A stretch of DNA of 64,000 nucleotides from a virus, in the IMG/VR virus record IMGVR_UViG_3300045051_000987, positions 32,001 to 96,000 of that record, one strand, 5' to 3'. The position numbers and the translations under genes were made by a program. The notes under the pieces are model-generated. The model searched no databases, was not told where the DNA came from, and saw nothing but the letters and a program-made list of their open reading frames with translations. Below are positions 16,924-27,300 of the stretch, piece by piece. Each line of letters opens with the position of its first letter. Positions within the stretch are counted from its first letter, which is position 1.

Positions 16924-17564
16924 GACCGCGGTTCGTCCTTCCAAGGATCGAGACCCACGCGGAGCGTGATCCTCTCCGCGGGCGTGATCATGTCGAGCAC
17001 GTCGGGGATCAGGAACCTCGGGAGCGATTCGCCGCTCACGACTTCGATCATGCGTCGGCGCGTGAAGACGCACGCACGACGGACGATCTCACGCACGAGC
17101 GCAGCTCGCTCCTTCTCGACCGGCGAGGGATCGACGACGAGCGGGCGCCCGTTGTCGGTCATCTTGAGGTCGGGGAACTGCTCGGCGATGTCGCCCGCAG
17201 CGATGCCGGCGACGTGCCTGCACAGTCCCATCGCGCTGAGCTCTTCGGGGAAGGGGCCGAAGACCTTGAACGCCGCCATCCCACCCGCGAGACCGAGCTC
17301 GGGAGGTCCGACGCTCGCCGAGCCGCGCACCATGACCGTGACCTCGTAGTAGCCACCATGCGCGAGCTCCTCGAGATCGACGGGCTGCTCGGGCTCGAAG
17401 TCGACCTTCGCCGTGCGCGCGCTGTCCCTCGCCGACATGAGCGACGTGCGTGCGTTCGCGAGGTGCGCGTGGAGGGCCTGTCGAGCGCTCAGCGGTTCCG
17501 CTCCGCTGAGAAGATCGATCATCTCGTTGAGCTGCTCGATCATGCCTTCGATGTGCTTGCTCAT
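16920..17564 (-). CDS. Hypothetical protein
   Basis: 214-aa ORF, ATGA overlaps. Confidence 0.6.
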   Translation of the reverse strand: MSKHIEGMIEQLNEMIDLLSGAEPLSARQALHAHLANARTSLMSARDSARTAKVDFEPEQPVDLEELAHGGYYEVTVMVRGSASVGPPELGLAGGMAAFKVFGPFPEELSAMGLCRHVAGIAAGDIAEQFPDLKMTDNGRPLVVDPSPVEKERAALVREIVRRACVFTRRRMIEVVSGESLPRFLIPDVLDMITPAERITLRVGLDPWKDEPRS

Positions 17565-19111
17565 CGCGTGATCCCCGAGATGCGACGCTGAGCTTCGTTG
17601 ATCCGCTCACGAGCATCCTCGAGCAGACGGTGTCGCATGACGTCGGCCTCGGTGAGGAAGTTGAGCCAGTTGCGCTGTCCGGCGTCCGTCGAGAGCACGA
17701 CGCACGGGGGCTCGCTGCGATGGATCTGCGAGAAGAACGCGCCGGTCACGCGGAGCCGTTCCTTCACAGCTCGCGGGTCGAGCTCCGCGCGTGCACGCCA
17801 TTCCTCACGAAGGGCGATCTGTTCCTCGACCACGATGCGATCGGCCACGCACAGATCGGTGAACGCCGCCGCCGCGCTGTCGATCACCGTCATCGGGAGC
17901 TTGTACGTCATCGGGTCCCCACCACGTCGGCCATGTCGGGGAGCCGATCGAGGCTTCCCATGCCGATCCACCACGTCGCGCACGATGCGCTCGATCACGC
18001 TTCCCTGCGTGGCGAACGGCGGTGCGAACTTCCACGTGTCGTGCGTGGGGGAGATGGAGCCCGCGATGTCACCGGGGCGGAGTGCATCGGCCTGCTCGCG
18101 CGGGTGTGCACGCATCCGAGCAAGAGTCTCCTCCTCGACGGGTGCTCGCGCTGCATCACGCGCACCGCGGAAGTCGTTCTCGAGCTGATCGGCGAGCACC
18201 TTGAGTCGACGATCGATGAATGCCTTGAAGTCCTCATCGCTCGGAAGGCCCGCCGCTGCGCGCTCCTTGTCCTTCGCCACGATCGCGCGCGCCTGACGGA
18301 CGATGCTCTCGGCATGGTCGGGCCCGTTGCCCTTCGCGCGGAGGTTCGGGAAAAGCTCGACGAGGAAGCGACCGAAGATCTCGCCCACGGCCTGACGCTC
18401 GTCGAGGCCTCGACGCATGCCGCGGAGATGAGCGATCACGTTCGAGATCGGTGCGGGGTGATCGGCGAAGCCCTCACACTTGATCACGAGCCCGAGCTCG
18501 GTGCACACGGCCTCGTAGTCCGCGCACTCGTCGCGCAGCGGGCTCGCCTTCGTCGTGCCCTCGGCCCTGAGCTTCTCGATGCGCTTGCACACACGCAACA
18601 CCGCCTGCTCGGCCGCGACCTCCCTGAACGTGACGAACTGCACGAGCGCGTGCGTCTCGTCTTCGTCGAGCACGTAGGAGCCTTCGAGGCACGACGTGCG
18701 AACGAGGTCTTCGAGATCGCTGATCGCAGCGGACACGTCCGGGTGCTTCCCGGCGTGCATGTTGAGCTGATAGAGCGCATCGCGAATGCGCTTCTCCGCG
18801 TTCGTCGCGATCGGCGTCGGGATGCTCGACTCGGACACGCCGTCGACGACCTTCACGAAGGTCACGGTCGGATCGCCGAGGTCGTTCTCCTTCATGTCGG
18901 CGTTGGGCCCGTAGAACGTCGTCAGCGTCCCTCGCTGATGGCACTTCGGACAGTGGTCGTTGTCGTCGGGGTCGTACGCGCGCTGCTCCTCAGCGGTGAA
19001 GGTCTCGTCGCATTCGATGCAGCCTTCGACGTGCGCGAGCGCGACGAGGATCCGGTTTCCGAGCGCAGCGCGCTGCTCGGCGGTGAGCGTGATCTCGAGG
19101 GGCTTCGTCAT
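17561..19111 (-). CDS. Hypothetical multidomain protein with N-terminal Zn ribbon
   Basis: 516 aa; CIEC...CPKC; leaderless start. Confidence 0.65.
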   Translation of the reverse strand: MTKPLEITLTAEQRAALGNRILVALAHVEGCIECDETFTAEEQRAYDPDDNDHCPKCHQRGTLTTFYGPNADMKENDLGDPTVTFVKVVDGVSESSIPTPIATNAEKRIRDALYQLNMHAGKHPDVSAAISDLEDLVRTSCLEGSYVLDEDETHALVQFVTFREVAAEQAVLRVCKRIEKLRAEGTTKASPLRDECADYEAVCTELGLVIKCEGFADHPAPISNVIAHLRGMRRGLDERQAVGEIFGRFLVELFPNLRAKGNGPDHAESIVRQARAIVAKDKERAAAGLPSDEDFKAFIDRRLKVLADQLENDFRGARDAARAPVEEETLARMRAHPREQADALRPGDIAGSISPTHDTWKFAPPFATQGSVIERIVRDVVDRHGKPRSAPRHGRRGGDPMTYKLPMTVIDSAAAAFTDLCVADRIVVEEQIALREEWRARAELDPRAVKERLRVTGAFFSQIHRSEPPCVVLSTDAGQRNWLNFLTEADVMRHRLLEDARERINEAQRRISGITR

Positions 19112-19303
19112 GCCGGCATCATGCCGCCGGTGATCATCGACTCTTCGGGTAGCGCTTCCCTGTCGGGTTCGGCTGCTTCGAGAGCTTCGCGATCTCCTTG
19201 CGCACCTTCGCGACGCGCTGCGCGCTCGCGGGCGTCCTCGGCGCTTCCTCGAGCTTCTCGAGCTCGGAGCGGAGCTCAGCCATCGTCATGAACTTCGGGT
19301 TCG

Positions 19304-19654
19304 TCATGTGCCTCGGATGAGGTGCTCGATGTCGGTGCTCACCGCGTGGTGTCGACGGGCGCCCACGCGCGCGACGAGTAGCTTCGAGGCCTCGACGGGA
19401 TCGGGATGCGCGAGGCACCACGCCACCGCACGGCGCGCGAGAGCTGTCCCACCGTCCTCATGAAGCGCCGTCGTCTGAAAGACGGCCGTGAGCACCGCGC
19501 ACACGTGATCGGGCGCGGGATGCTCGTGCACGAGGAGCGTGGCGCCGGGATGCATGATGTCGGCGACCTCTCGAGGAGGAACGGCCGGCGTGCGGTGCTC
19601 CTTCACGAGGATCCGCCGGAGCTCGCGCCGCTCCATGCGCGACCACACCTTCAC
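19304..19654 (-). CDS. Hypothetical protein
   Basis: Packed ORF with GTGA overlap. Confidence 0.5.
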   Translation of the reverse strand: MKVWSRMERRELRRILVKEHRTPAVPPREVADIMHPGATLLVHEHPAPDHVCAVLTAVFQTTALHEDGGTALARRAVAWCLAHPDPVEASKLLVARVGARRHHAVSTDIEHLIRGT

Positions 19655-19848
19655 GTGTCCTCGGGATCACGACGTTCCTTCCACACGATCGTGAGCTCGA
19701 GGACATGCCCGGAATCGATGCGCTCGTCGATCTGCAAGCCACTCGTCGGGATCTGCTTCTCCGGATACCGCGCGCGGATCGCGTCGAGGATGTCTGACCG
19801 CGTGAGGATGACGCGGTTCGTCACTTCGACCTGCTTCTCGTGCTTCAT
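19651..19848 (-). CDS. Hypothetical protein
   Basis: AAGGAG SD, ATGA overlap. Confidence 0.55.
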   Translation of the reverse strand: MKHEKQVEVTNRVILTRSDILDAIRARYPEKQIPTSGLQIDERIDSGHVLELTIVWKERRDPEDT

Positions 19849-20171
19849 CGCTCCTTGGGCTTTCCGATCAAGTTGCCGTCGACGTCGACGAACTCGATCC
19901 GTTTGTAGAGGGTCTCGCAGACCTCGTGCCCACGTTCGTCGAGGTGCACGGGGCCGTACTCGCAGAGCAGCCAGACGGCTTCATCCGGCATCATGTGCGG
20001 ATGGTGGATGCCGTCGTGACGGAGCCATCGCTTGCCGGGCCTGACGTCCGACGGATGGCTCGCCGAGTACTCGCGGAGCTCCGCCTTGAGCTTGAAGAAC
20101 TCCGCATGCGTCATGCGCACCGGGATGTTCCGCAGCGTGTCGAAGCCTCGCATGGTGATCGTCTGCGTCAT
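19845..20171 (-). CDS. Hypothetical protein
   Basis: Start MTQTIT; LREYSASHPSDVRPGKRW. Confidence 0.55.
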   Translation of the reverse strand: MTQTITMRGFDTLRNIPVRMTHAEFFKLKAELREYSASHPSDVRPGKRWLRHDGIHHPHMMPDEAVWLLCEYGPVHLDERGHEVCETLYKRIEFVDVDGNLIGKPKER

Positions 20172-20523
20172 CCGTGTGCGTCTCCCGCGAGGTCGAGAAG
20201 TCGATCGAGCTCTTGCAGCGCACCGAAGGGACCTTCGGCATCGCCCCGCGAGCATCCGAGCTTGTCGAGGATCTCGTTGAGGAGCCGTCGATCCTCGCTC
20301 TCGACGGTCTCCTTCAAGTCGGCGCCTTCGCGGATCCGCTTCTGACACGAGGAGCAGATCACGACGCTCAGCATGCCCGCCCGATAGAGGTTCGCGTGAC
20401 CGACCATCGTGTTCTTCACCTCGAGCTGATCGACCTGCTCGTTCGTCAGGAAGAAGCCCGCTTCGGAAGTCGGCTCGCCGGTCGTGCTCACCACACCCCG
20501 ACATCGGATGCAGACCGCGCGGC

Positions 20524-20934
20524 TCACTTCGGCAGCTCCGACGGCCACCTCACGACCTCGATCTGTTCGAGGTTCGCGTCGACGAGGAGCAAGCGCTCCA
20601 TGAGCAAGCCGTCGGTCAACGCGTTCACGCTCAACGGGAGGTAGCGCCGGATCGACGTGAGCTTGAAGTGAAAGAGAAGCGCTCGATCACCGCGGCTCTC
20701 ACGCACGACGACCTCTAGATACCGCTCGAAGGCGAACTTCTCCGAGAGCCACGTCTCGAGGCCCCCCTTCTCGTCGAGACAGTACGCGCGCGAGATCACG
20801 AGACCTTGCGGCGTCGATTCGACCGAGGCTACCGAGAACCATTCGGCGTCGTCGCGTTCGGGGAAGGGACAGCGGAGAGCGAAGGCGAACGTGCCGAAAG
20901 TCGTGCTGTGCTGGAGCGGGGCTGCGGGGATCAT
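20524..20934 (-). CDS. Hypothetical protein, weak similarity to T4 gp19-like tail tube fold
   Basis: AAGGAGG SD; LVISRAY...TWL...LSVNALTDGLLMERLLL pattern. Confidence 0.5.
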   Translation of the reverse strand: MIPAAPLQHSTTFGTFAFALRCPFPERDDAEWFSVASVESTPQGLVISRAYCLDEKGGLETWLSEKFAFERYLEVVVRESRGDRALLFHFKLTSIRRYLPLSVNALTDGLLMERLLLVDANLEQIEVVRWPSELPK

Positions 20935-21004
20935 GGGTGGCCTCCTTGGGGCGTGTTCACCCGGGTGAACACCGGGCGTCGTCGTCAGCTCCCATCATGC
21001 CGCC

Positions 21005-21418
21005 TCACCTGATCCGGATCCGCTCGCCGGTCGGGAGCACCTCGAAGATCATCGCGGCCGCGTACTTCGATCGCTTCTTCCGCGTGGTGGTGCTCTGCGC
21101 CGAACGCACACGGGCCGTCCACTTCGCACGGCGGAGCTTGCCGCTCGGTCGATCGGGCCCGCGAGCGATCCACGTCTGACCCGCTTCGCTCTTGAGCCAC
21201 GCGAGGAAGACCTCGAGAGGGAGGTCCGACTTCGTGTTGTTGCAGGGGTGGCACGCGATCACGACCTTGCTCCCGCCGCGCGACTTCGGCTCGACGTGAT
21301 CGAGCGTGGCCTCCTCGCGGAGGAGCGGATCACCGCAGTACGTGCACGGCACCGTTGGTTCGGGTGCGTCAGCGTGCCTTCGACGCTCACGCGTGAAGAT
21401 GGCGTCTCGTCGGGTCAT
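21005..21418 (-). CDS. HNH endonuclease
   Basis: CTYCG...TLDHVEPKSRGG...ACHPCNNTKSD. Confidence 0.9.
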   Translation of the reverse strand: MTRRDAIFTRERRRHADAPEPTVPCTYCGDPLLREEATLDHVEPKSRGGSKVVIACHPCNNTKSDLPLEVFLAWLKSEAGQTWIARGPDRPSGKLRRAKWTARVRSAQSTTTRKKRSKYAAAMIFEVLPTGERIRIR

Positions 21419-21429
21419 GTCTCACAGGC

Positions 21430-21792
21430 TCACAGTGTGGTGTCCTTCCGGAGCTTGATCAGCCGATGGGTGCGCGCGAACGCGCCGAGCGTGAGGTTCC
21501 GATCGACGCCCTGCGCGTGGCGGAGGTGCACGAGGAGCTCGGAGGCCTTCCACTCCTCGGCGCCATCGAGCTTCACGAAGGTCACGGCGCCGAGCGTCGC
21601 GCGCGGTGAGCGCGGATCGCGCACCGTCCACACCGAGCCTTCGAGGAAGGCCGAGAGGTCGTCCATCGTCACCGCGAAGGCGTCTCCCCACTCCCACGAG
21701 CCCGGGATCTCGTCACCGAGCTCAGCGGGGACGGCGAACGGATCCGCGGATGCGAGGAGGGCCTCGACCTGTTCCTCGAGCGTAGGCATCAC
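21430..21792 (-). CDS. Hypothetical protein
   Basis: Packed ORF. Confidence 0.5.
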   Translation of the reverse strand: MMPTLEEQVEALLASADPFAVPAELGDEIPGSWEWGDAFAVTMDDLSAFLEGSVWTVRDPRSPRATLGAVTFVKLDGAEEWKASELLVHLRHAQGVDRNLTLGAFARTHRLIKLRKDTTL

Positions 21793-23336
21793 CCGGTGAA
21801 CCGCTTGAAGAACGCGACCACGCGATCACGCGTGCGTCCGCGCTGGTAGGTCTGCGGCTCGAAGTCGGCGAGCGTCCTCGCGTCGAGCTCACGCGCGCGC
21901 CGGGTGTTCTCGTGGTTGAGGATGTCCATCACCTCGCCCGCTTCCCCGCGCACGTCCGGGCGGCTCTCTCGGAGCTGCGCGGTCGCCATGCCGAGCACGT
22001 GCTCGAACCGCTTGTGCGCGAGCATCTTCGGATCGAGGACACGCCACGTCTCGAGCACGCCATCGCTCACGAAGCGCGAGTCGAGGTCATCGAAGCCGTC
22101 GGGCTTCACGCGGACGCAGCGCCACCCCACGAGGTCTGACTGCGTCTGCTTCTCGATGAGCTTCACAGTCGTGCCCGAGATCGACTGACGCACCTGACCG
22201 CGCTCGAGCGGCTCGCGGTTCCGAGGATCGATGCTCTGATCGATCGCGTTCCACAGCTCGTCTCGAGCAGGGTCGCCCCATCGCTCGGCGATGTTCGCGC
22301 GGATGCGCGTGAGCTGCTTCTCGAGCTCTTCGAGCGCTTCGTCGAACGTGCGGTGCGGCTGAGGGCCGAACGCTTCGACCATGATCGAGAGGAGCCGCTT
22401 CCGAAGCGTGTCGAGCCGTTCGCCGAGGTCGAAGTGCTCGTGCGTGAAGATGCGCTCGATCACGTGCTGCATGGTGTCGCCGCTCGCACCCGCGGCGCGG
22501 AGGTGGTGCACCGCTGCGAAGTAGAGCCGCGTGCGGAGGTTCTCGATTGTCGGCTTCTCGACGATGGTCCCCTTCGGGAGCTTGATCTTGATCGTCGCGA
22601 AGATCCCGTCGCGCGTCGATCGCTCGATCTGCACGTCCTCGACGAGCTCGGCGTTCGGCGCCATCACGTAGCCGAAGACGTCGACCGTCGACGTGTGGAG
22701 CACCTCACCGACGCGCGCGCCGGCCTCGCCGACGGGCGTGACGTGGATCTTTCGCTCGACCGTGCGGAGCTGCTCGTCGAGCGCCGGTGCTGGCTCGGTG
22801 TTCCCGAGCACGAACGCATCGCGCACCTTCGATGCGACCGCGGCCGCGCCGATGAGTGCTTCGCTGAGCACGACGACGGGCCTACCGGGGGTCGCGTGTC
22901 CGCTCTCGTAGAAGAGGCGCATCTCGTTCGCCCACGTCGAGAGCGTGCGCATCTCCTCGCGCGTGATGGTGAAGGTCTCTTCGTCCCTGCTCAGCATGAT
23001 CTCTGCTCCTCTCACGAACTGCTCGAGCAGCTCGGGCCATCCTTCGACGTCGGCGTGCCCCGTCTCGATCGCGCTCACGTCCGCGATGCTCAGATCGAGG
23101 ATGTAGGCCACCTCGCTCAGCTTGAGCTCGCGCTCGCGACGAAGGCGCCGGAAGCGTTCACCACGCTCGCGGAGCACCTCGCTCGGCTCCTCGAACGTCA
23201 TGACCTCGCCGATGCCGCACGGGAGCTCCTCGGCCGCCGCTTGGCACGGGCCGGAGCCATCGGGACCGCAGCACGTGCGCGTCACGAAGCTGCGCGTCGA
23301 TCCGGTGGGCTTGGCCCTCTTGATCTTGAACGCCAT
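21789..23336 (-). CDS. XRE-type HTH domain protein
   Basis: GERFRRLRRERELKLSEVAYILDLSIADVSAIETG. Confidence 0.7.
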   Translation of the reverse strand: MAFKIKRAKPTGSTRSFVTRTCCGPDGSGPCQAAAEELPCGIGEVMTFEEPSEVLRERGERFRRLRRERELKLSEVAYILDLSIADVSAIETGHADVEGWPELLEQFVRGAEIMLSRDEETFTITREEMRTLSTWANEMRLFYESGHATPGRPVVVLSEALIGAAAVASKVRDAFVLGNTEPAPALDEQLRTVERKIHVTPVGEAGARVGEVLHTSTVDVFGYVMAPNAELVEDVQIERSTRDGIFATIKIKLPKGTIVEKPTIENLRTRLYFAAVHHLRAAGASGDTMQHVIERIFTHEHFDLGERLDTLRKRLLSIMVEAFGPQPHRTFDEALEELEKQLTRIRANIAERWGDPARDELWNAIDQSIDPRNREPLERGQVRQSISGTTVKLIEKQTQSDLVGWRCVRVKPDGFDDLDSRFVSDGVLETWRVLDPKMLAHKRFEHVLGMATAQLRESRPDVRGEAGEVMDILNHENTRRARELDARTLADFEPQTYQRGRTRDRVVAFFKRFTG

Positions 23337-23338
23337 CG

Positions 23339-23854
23339 TCAGCTCGCCATCGCTGCGAGAATGCGACCAAGGCTCTCGCGCGCTGCTTCGAGACGCGTGC
23401 GGAGCATCGCGAGGGCTTCACGTCGCGCCGCCTGTTCGGTCTTCGCCACAAGGCTCTCGCAGCGCGGCTTGCCGTTCTCGAAGACCACGAACCAGTCACC
23501 GTCGTCGTGACCGATCGTCATGTGGTCGACGTCGCCCACCGCGAAGCGACTGTGCAGCGCACCGAACTGCACGCGCTCCCACTTCGCGACAAGAGGCTCG
23601 ACGATGCCCCAGCCGTCCGCGTTGAAGTCGACCACGCCACGACGGCGGAGCTCCTCGAGCACGCTCAGCGTGAGACGCGGCGAAAGCGTGCCCGACGTCG
23701 TCTTCGCAGGCGTCCACTTGGCGACCTCGCGAGCGGTCTTCACACGAGGGAATCGCGTGATGTTCGGCGCGCTGCACATCGCATGACGTCGAAGGGCATC
23801 GATCACCCGCTCTTCGATCGCGGTGAACGGCTTCTTGGGGTTGGGCTTCGCCAC
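23339..23854 (-). CDS. Winged-helix-like protein
   Basis: Leaderless GTG start MAKPNP; TAREVA...VLEELRRRGVV. Confidence 0.55.
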   Translation of the reverse strand: MAKPNPKKPFTAIEERVIDALRRHAMCSAPNITRFPRVKTAREVAKWTPAKTTSGTLSPRLTLSVLEELRRRGVVDFNADGWGIVEPLVAKWERVQFGALHSRFAVGDVDHMTIGHDDGDWFVVFENGKPRCESLVAKTEQAARREALAMLRTRLEAARESLGRILAAMAS

Positions 23855-23874
23855 GGACCCATCATGCCGCCTGC

Positions 23875-24132
23875 TCATTGCAGGCCTGGCCGCGTGACAG
23901 CCGACGTGAGGATGAAGCGCTCGCGGATCGTCGACTCACGCACGCGCGTCTCGCGCCCGGTCTCGAGGTTCTTCACGCGCCACACGCGGAGCGGGCCCTT
24001 CACGCGCGCGTCGACGGGCTCGAAGAGGATGATCTTCCGCGTCTCGCGCTCGTCGCGCGGTCGCAGGATGTCGCCCGCGGTGAAGTCACGCATGAGCGTC
24101 TCGCGATGGATGTTCGGCTTCGGCCTCTTCAT
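23875..24132 (-). CDS. Hypothetical SH3-like protein
   Basis: Start MKRPKP with ATGA overlap. Confidence 0.5.
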   Translation of the reverse strand: MKRPKPNIHRETLMRDFTAGDILRPRDERETRKIILFEPVDARVKGPLRVWRVKNLETGRETRVRESTIRERFILTSAVTRPGLQ

Positions 24133-24962
24133 CGTCGGAATGCCTTCCTCGCGTCGGCGATCGCGTTGTTGAGCTCGACCATCGCCTCGTGCGATCCGCC
24201 CGGCCGATCGGGATGACGCTCGAGCGTGAGCTTCTTGTAGACGGCCTCGGCCGCTGCGATGTCGACGGGGTTGTTGAGGATCTCGCGCCACTTCTCCGAG
24301 ATGGGGCGCGTCGGGCGAGGAGGGATCCCGCTCTGACCGAAGCCACGTCGGAACGCGTTGAAGAAGTCCTCGAAGCCCTCGAACACCTCAGCCGTGGCCT
24401 TGCGTGCCTGCTCGCGCTCCCACGCCTGACGCTGTCGGCGCTGGTTCTCTTCGGCGCGACGGTCCGCGGCTTCCGCTTCCTGACGCTCTCGTCGCTCGCG
24501 CACCTCGCGATCGTTCGGATCGGGTGCGTCGACGTGACCGAAGCCTTCCTCGACGTGCTGCGATCGAGGCTGCTGTCGCACGCGCTGCCCCACGGTCTTC
24601 TTCCAACCACCGAAGGGCTGTCCTTCGACCTCGACCGTGAAGTTGATCGGGGTCTCTTCGTAGCGCGCGGCCTCCCGAACGCGCGCCTCTTCGGATCGCT
24701 GAGCGCTTCCCTTTTCGTCGACGAAGTCGCAATCGTCGTACTCGAAACGCAGCTCCATGCGCCCGGCGTAGATGCCCTGATCAGCTGTCGGGATCCGGTG
24801 CTGCTTCGCGTCGGCCTTCGAGATCCAGCATCCGCGGTAGATGCGCGACCGACCCTGATCGTCGATCACCTCGATGTCCATCTTCTCGATGTCGTGTGGT
24901 CCACGAGGGAGCCGGAACACGACGCGCGGCGTCGGCCGCTGTGCGGGGCGCTTGGCTGTCAC
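24129..24962 (-). CDS. J-domain (DnaJ-like) protein
   Basis: C-terminal YKKLTLERHPDRPGGSHEAMVELNNA with HPD motif. Confidence 0.8.
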   Translation of the reverse strand: MTAKRPAQRPTPRVVFRLPRGPHDIEKMDIEVIDDQGRSRIYRGCWISKADAKQHRIPTADQGIYAGRMELRFEYDDCDFVDEKGSAQRSEEARVREAARYEETPINFTVEVEGQPFGGWKKTVGQRVRQQPRSQHVEEGFGHVDAPDPNDREVRERRERQEAEAADRRAEENQRRQRQAWEREQARKATAEVFEGFEDFFNAFRRGFGQSGIPPRPTRPISEKWREILNNPVDIAAAEAVYKKLTLERHPDRPGGSHEAMVELNNAIADARKAFRR

Positions 24963-24983
24963 GTCGGCATCATGCCGCGACGC

Positions 24984-25982
24984 TCACGGCGTGAAGTCGG
25001 CCTTCGGCGTGCTCGTCTCCGAGATCTCGACCTGCAAGCCTCGCAAGCGCTTCGTGACGCGCGCGGGCGTGCGCGGGTCGAGATCGATGCCCACCCCACG
25101 ACGGCCGAGCACGCACGCCGCCTCGAGCACCGTGCCGGTCCCGACGAACGGATCGAGCACCACGTCGTTCGGCCGCGAGCTCGCGAGGATGCACCGGCGC
25201 GGGAGCTCCACCGGGAACGTCGAGTAGTGGTCGCCCTTGTACCGCCCGCCTCCGAACGACCACACGTCTCGGAGGTTCGCGCCCATCGGCTCGCCGTTCT
25301 CGTCGAGCTTCGCCGCGCGCTTCTTGCCCCACCGCCCGAGCCCGTACGACGCAGCTCGAGGATCGGGAACCGTCGCCGATCGCGCGGGGCCCTGCGCCTG
25401 TAGGCGGAGCGTGTTCGGCCTGAGCGGCTGTCGCACGGCGTTCGCGTCGTAGAAGTAGTGCGCGCGCCGCGAGAAGAGGAACACGTGCTCGTGAGACGAC
25501 GTCGGCCGATCCTGCATCGAGCCCGGCACGGGCGAGGGCTTCGACCAGATCACCTCGCTGCGAAGGATCCACCCGTCGGCTTGGAGCGCGAGCGCGACGC
25601 GCCACGGGATCCCGATCAGGCTCTTGCGCGGCAGACCGCACAGCGTGCTCTTGCTCTCGATGTTCGGAACGAGGTCATGTCGCTCGGGCGTCGAGAGCTT
25701 CGAGCTCTTGCCCGTGCTCCCTCGACGCGAGCCCGAGTAGCTGTCGCCGAGGTTCAACCACATCGTGCCGTCCTTCCGCAGCCCGCGGCGCGCCTCACGG
25801 AACGTGAGCACCATCGCCTCGACGAACGCATCGGGCGTCGGCTCCATCCCGATCTGCCCGTCGAGCCGGTAGTCGCGGAGGTGCCAATAGGGCGGGCTCG
25901 TCACGATCGTCTGCACGTTCTCGACGGTGCCGGCTAGCTCGCGCGCGTCGCCGACGAGGATCCGAAACCGCTCCTCGGTCAT
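24984..25982 (-). CDS. DNA amino-methyltransferase, beta class (N4-C/N6-A)
   Basis: TSPPYW catalytic motif, VLDPFVGTGT SAM-binding motif, IWSKP and RDVW. Confidence 0.92.
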   Translation of the reverse strand: MTEERFRILVGDARELAGTVENVQTIVTSPPYWHLRDYRLDGQIGMEPTPDAFVEAMVLTFREARRGLRKDGTMWLNLGDSYSGSRRGSTGKSSKLSTPERHDLVPNIESKSTLCGLPRKSLIGIPWRVALALQADGWILRSEVIWSKPSPVPGSMQDRPTSSHEHVFLFSRRAHYFYDANAVRQPLRPNTLRLQAQGPARSATVPDPRAASYGLGRWGKKRAAKLDENGEPMGANLRDVWSFGGGRYKGDHYSTFPVELPRRCILASSRPNDVVLDPFVGTGTVLEAACVLGRRGVGIDLDPRTPARVTKRLRGLQVEISETSTPKADFTP

Positions 25983-26194
25983 CGGTGTTCACCCGGGTGA
26001 ACAGGCTTCGAGAGCTCGGCGCGCGCCGCGATCATCGCGTGCTTCAACGGCGAGCCGGTCGGGAGCTCCTCGGTGCTCATGTCGTGAAGGCTGAGGTAGT
26101 CCTCGATCGACGTCGTGAGCAGCTCGAGCACCTCGTGCGAGACGCGCGCGCGCTCGGCGTGCTGCTCCGCTGTGACCTGTGGGCGTGTCGCCAT
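25979..26194 (-). CDS. Hypothetical protein
   Basis: Leaderless start; ends in palindrome-encoded VHPGEHR. Confidence 0.55.
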   Translation of the reverse strand: MATRPQVTAEQHAERARVSHEVLELLTTSIEDYLSLHDMSTEELPTGSPLKHAMIAARAELSKPVHPGEHR

Positions 26195-26524
26195 GCGCCC
26201 ATCATGTCGCGCGTCGACGGCCGGGGATCCGTGCGTACCGGGCGCGCGCAGCGCGTGCCTCTCGGATGATGTGCACGCCGAACTCGTTCACGCGGATCAG
26301 CACGTCCCACCCGATGATCTGGTGCTCGTTGTGGGGCGCCTCGAAGGGAACCATCCGCCACTCGCTCCGCTCACCGACCTTGCCGGCGACGATGAACATG
26401 AGGCGCGAGCACGCCGCCACCGGGTCGGTCTCCTCGGTGTCGACCCACACGAGGCCGGGCCGGTAGCCGCGCGCCGGTGCCCACCACACGCGCACGCACA
26501 CGGTGCCGCGCTCGGGGTGACGCG

Positions 26525-26938
26525 TTACGAGCTGCATCGACGGATCGTGTACGAGAGCCCGCGCGTGCCCACCGGATCGGATCCGATGAGGTAGCTCACC
26601 GCGGGCGTCAGGAACGCGAGCTTCGGGCTGTCCGCCTTGAAGTCCCACCCGGCATGCACTTCGGCGATCGAGAACACGCCGCGCGAGGGGGCGTAGCGCC
26701 AGAGCTGCTTGAGCGATCGCGTGAACGCGTAGCGCGCGCGGTAGTCGGCGCCGTTGTCCTCGGCTCGCACGATGGCATCGATCGGTCCCGTGATCAGCTC
26801 TTCGAGGAACGTGCGACACGCCTCGATGCGCTCAGGTCGACCGCCCACGAGATGAAGCCCGACGTTCAGCTCGATCACCGAGGGCTGGTGGACGATCACG
26901 TGATCGGGCTCGCCCCTGATCAGCTCGCCGCGCCTCAT
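26525..26938 (-). CDS. Hypothetical protein
   Basis: ATGA overlap. Confidence 0.5.
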   Translation of the reverse strand: MRRGELIRGEPDHVIVHQPSVIELNVGLHLVGGRPERIEACRTFLEELITGPIDAIVRAEDNGADYRARYAFTRSLKQLWRYAPSRGVFSIAEVHAGWDFKADSPKLAFLTPAVSYLIGSDPVGTRGLSYTIRRCSS

Positions 26939-27300
26939 CGGTCGCCGGCCTTCTTGATCTCGGTCGACGTGAGGATCGGCGGAGCCTGCGGGACCTTCGA
27001 GATGATCTCAGCACCGCACTGACCTGCGACGTCGGCGGAGGGGTCGTGCCAGTGATCGCCGGCGTGTCCGCGTCGAAGCGTGCACACGAAGACGCCCTCG
27101 CTCACGAGCGTCACCGCGGTCTTGAGCGGGCTCGTCGCCGGCATCGCGGCCGCCGCCTCGGCCATCGCGACGTCATGCCGCCGAAGTACTTCGCGCAGCG
27201 CGCGAGCGAACGTCGGCCCGTCGATCCCCGCTGCGAACGCGAAGGCCTCGAGCCCACGCACGAGGCGCTTCACCTCTTCGTCGTCGCTCACCTTGATCAC
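26935..27300 (-). CDS. Hypothetical protein
   Basis: GTG start after GGAGGTG; CTLRRGHAGDH motif. Confidence 0.5.
   Translation of the reverse strand: MIKVSDDEEVKRLVRGLEAFAFAAGIDGPTFARALREVLRRHDVAMAEAAAAMPATSPLKTAVTLVSEGVFVCTLRRGHAGDHWHDPSADVAGQCGAEIISKVPQAPPILTSTEIKKAGDR

Noticed and set aside
21005-21418. HNH as a mobile homing endonuclease, intron ORF or restriction partner
   Set aside because: Free-standing short HNH with no interrupted host gene or adjacent MTase
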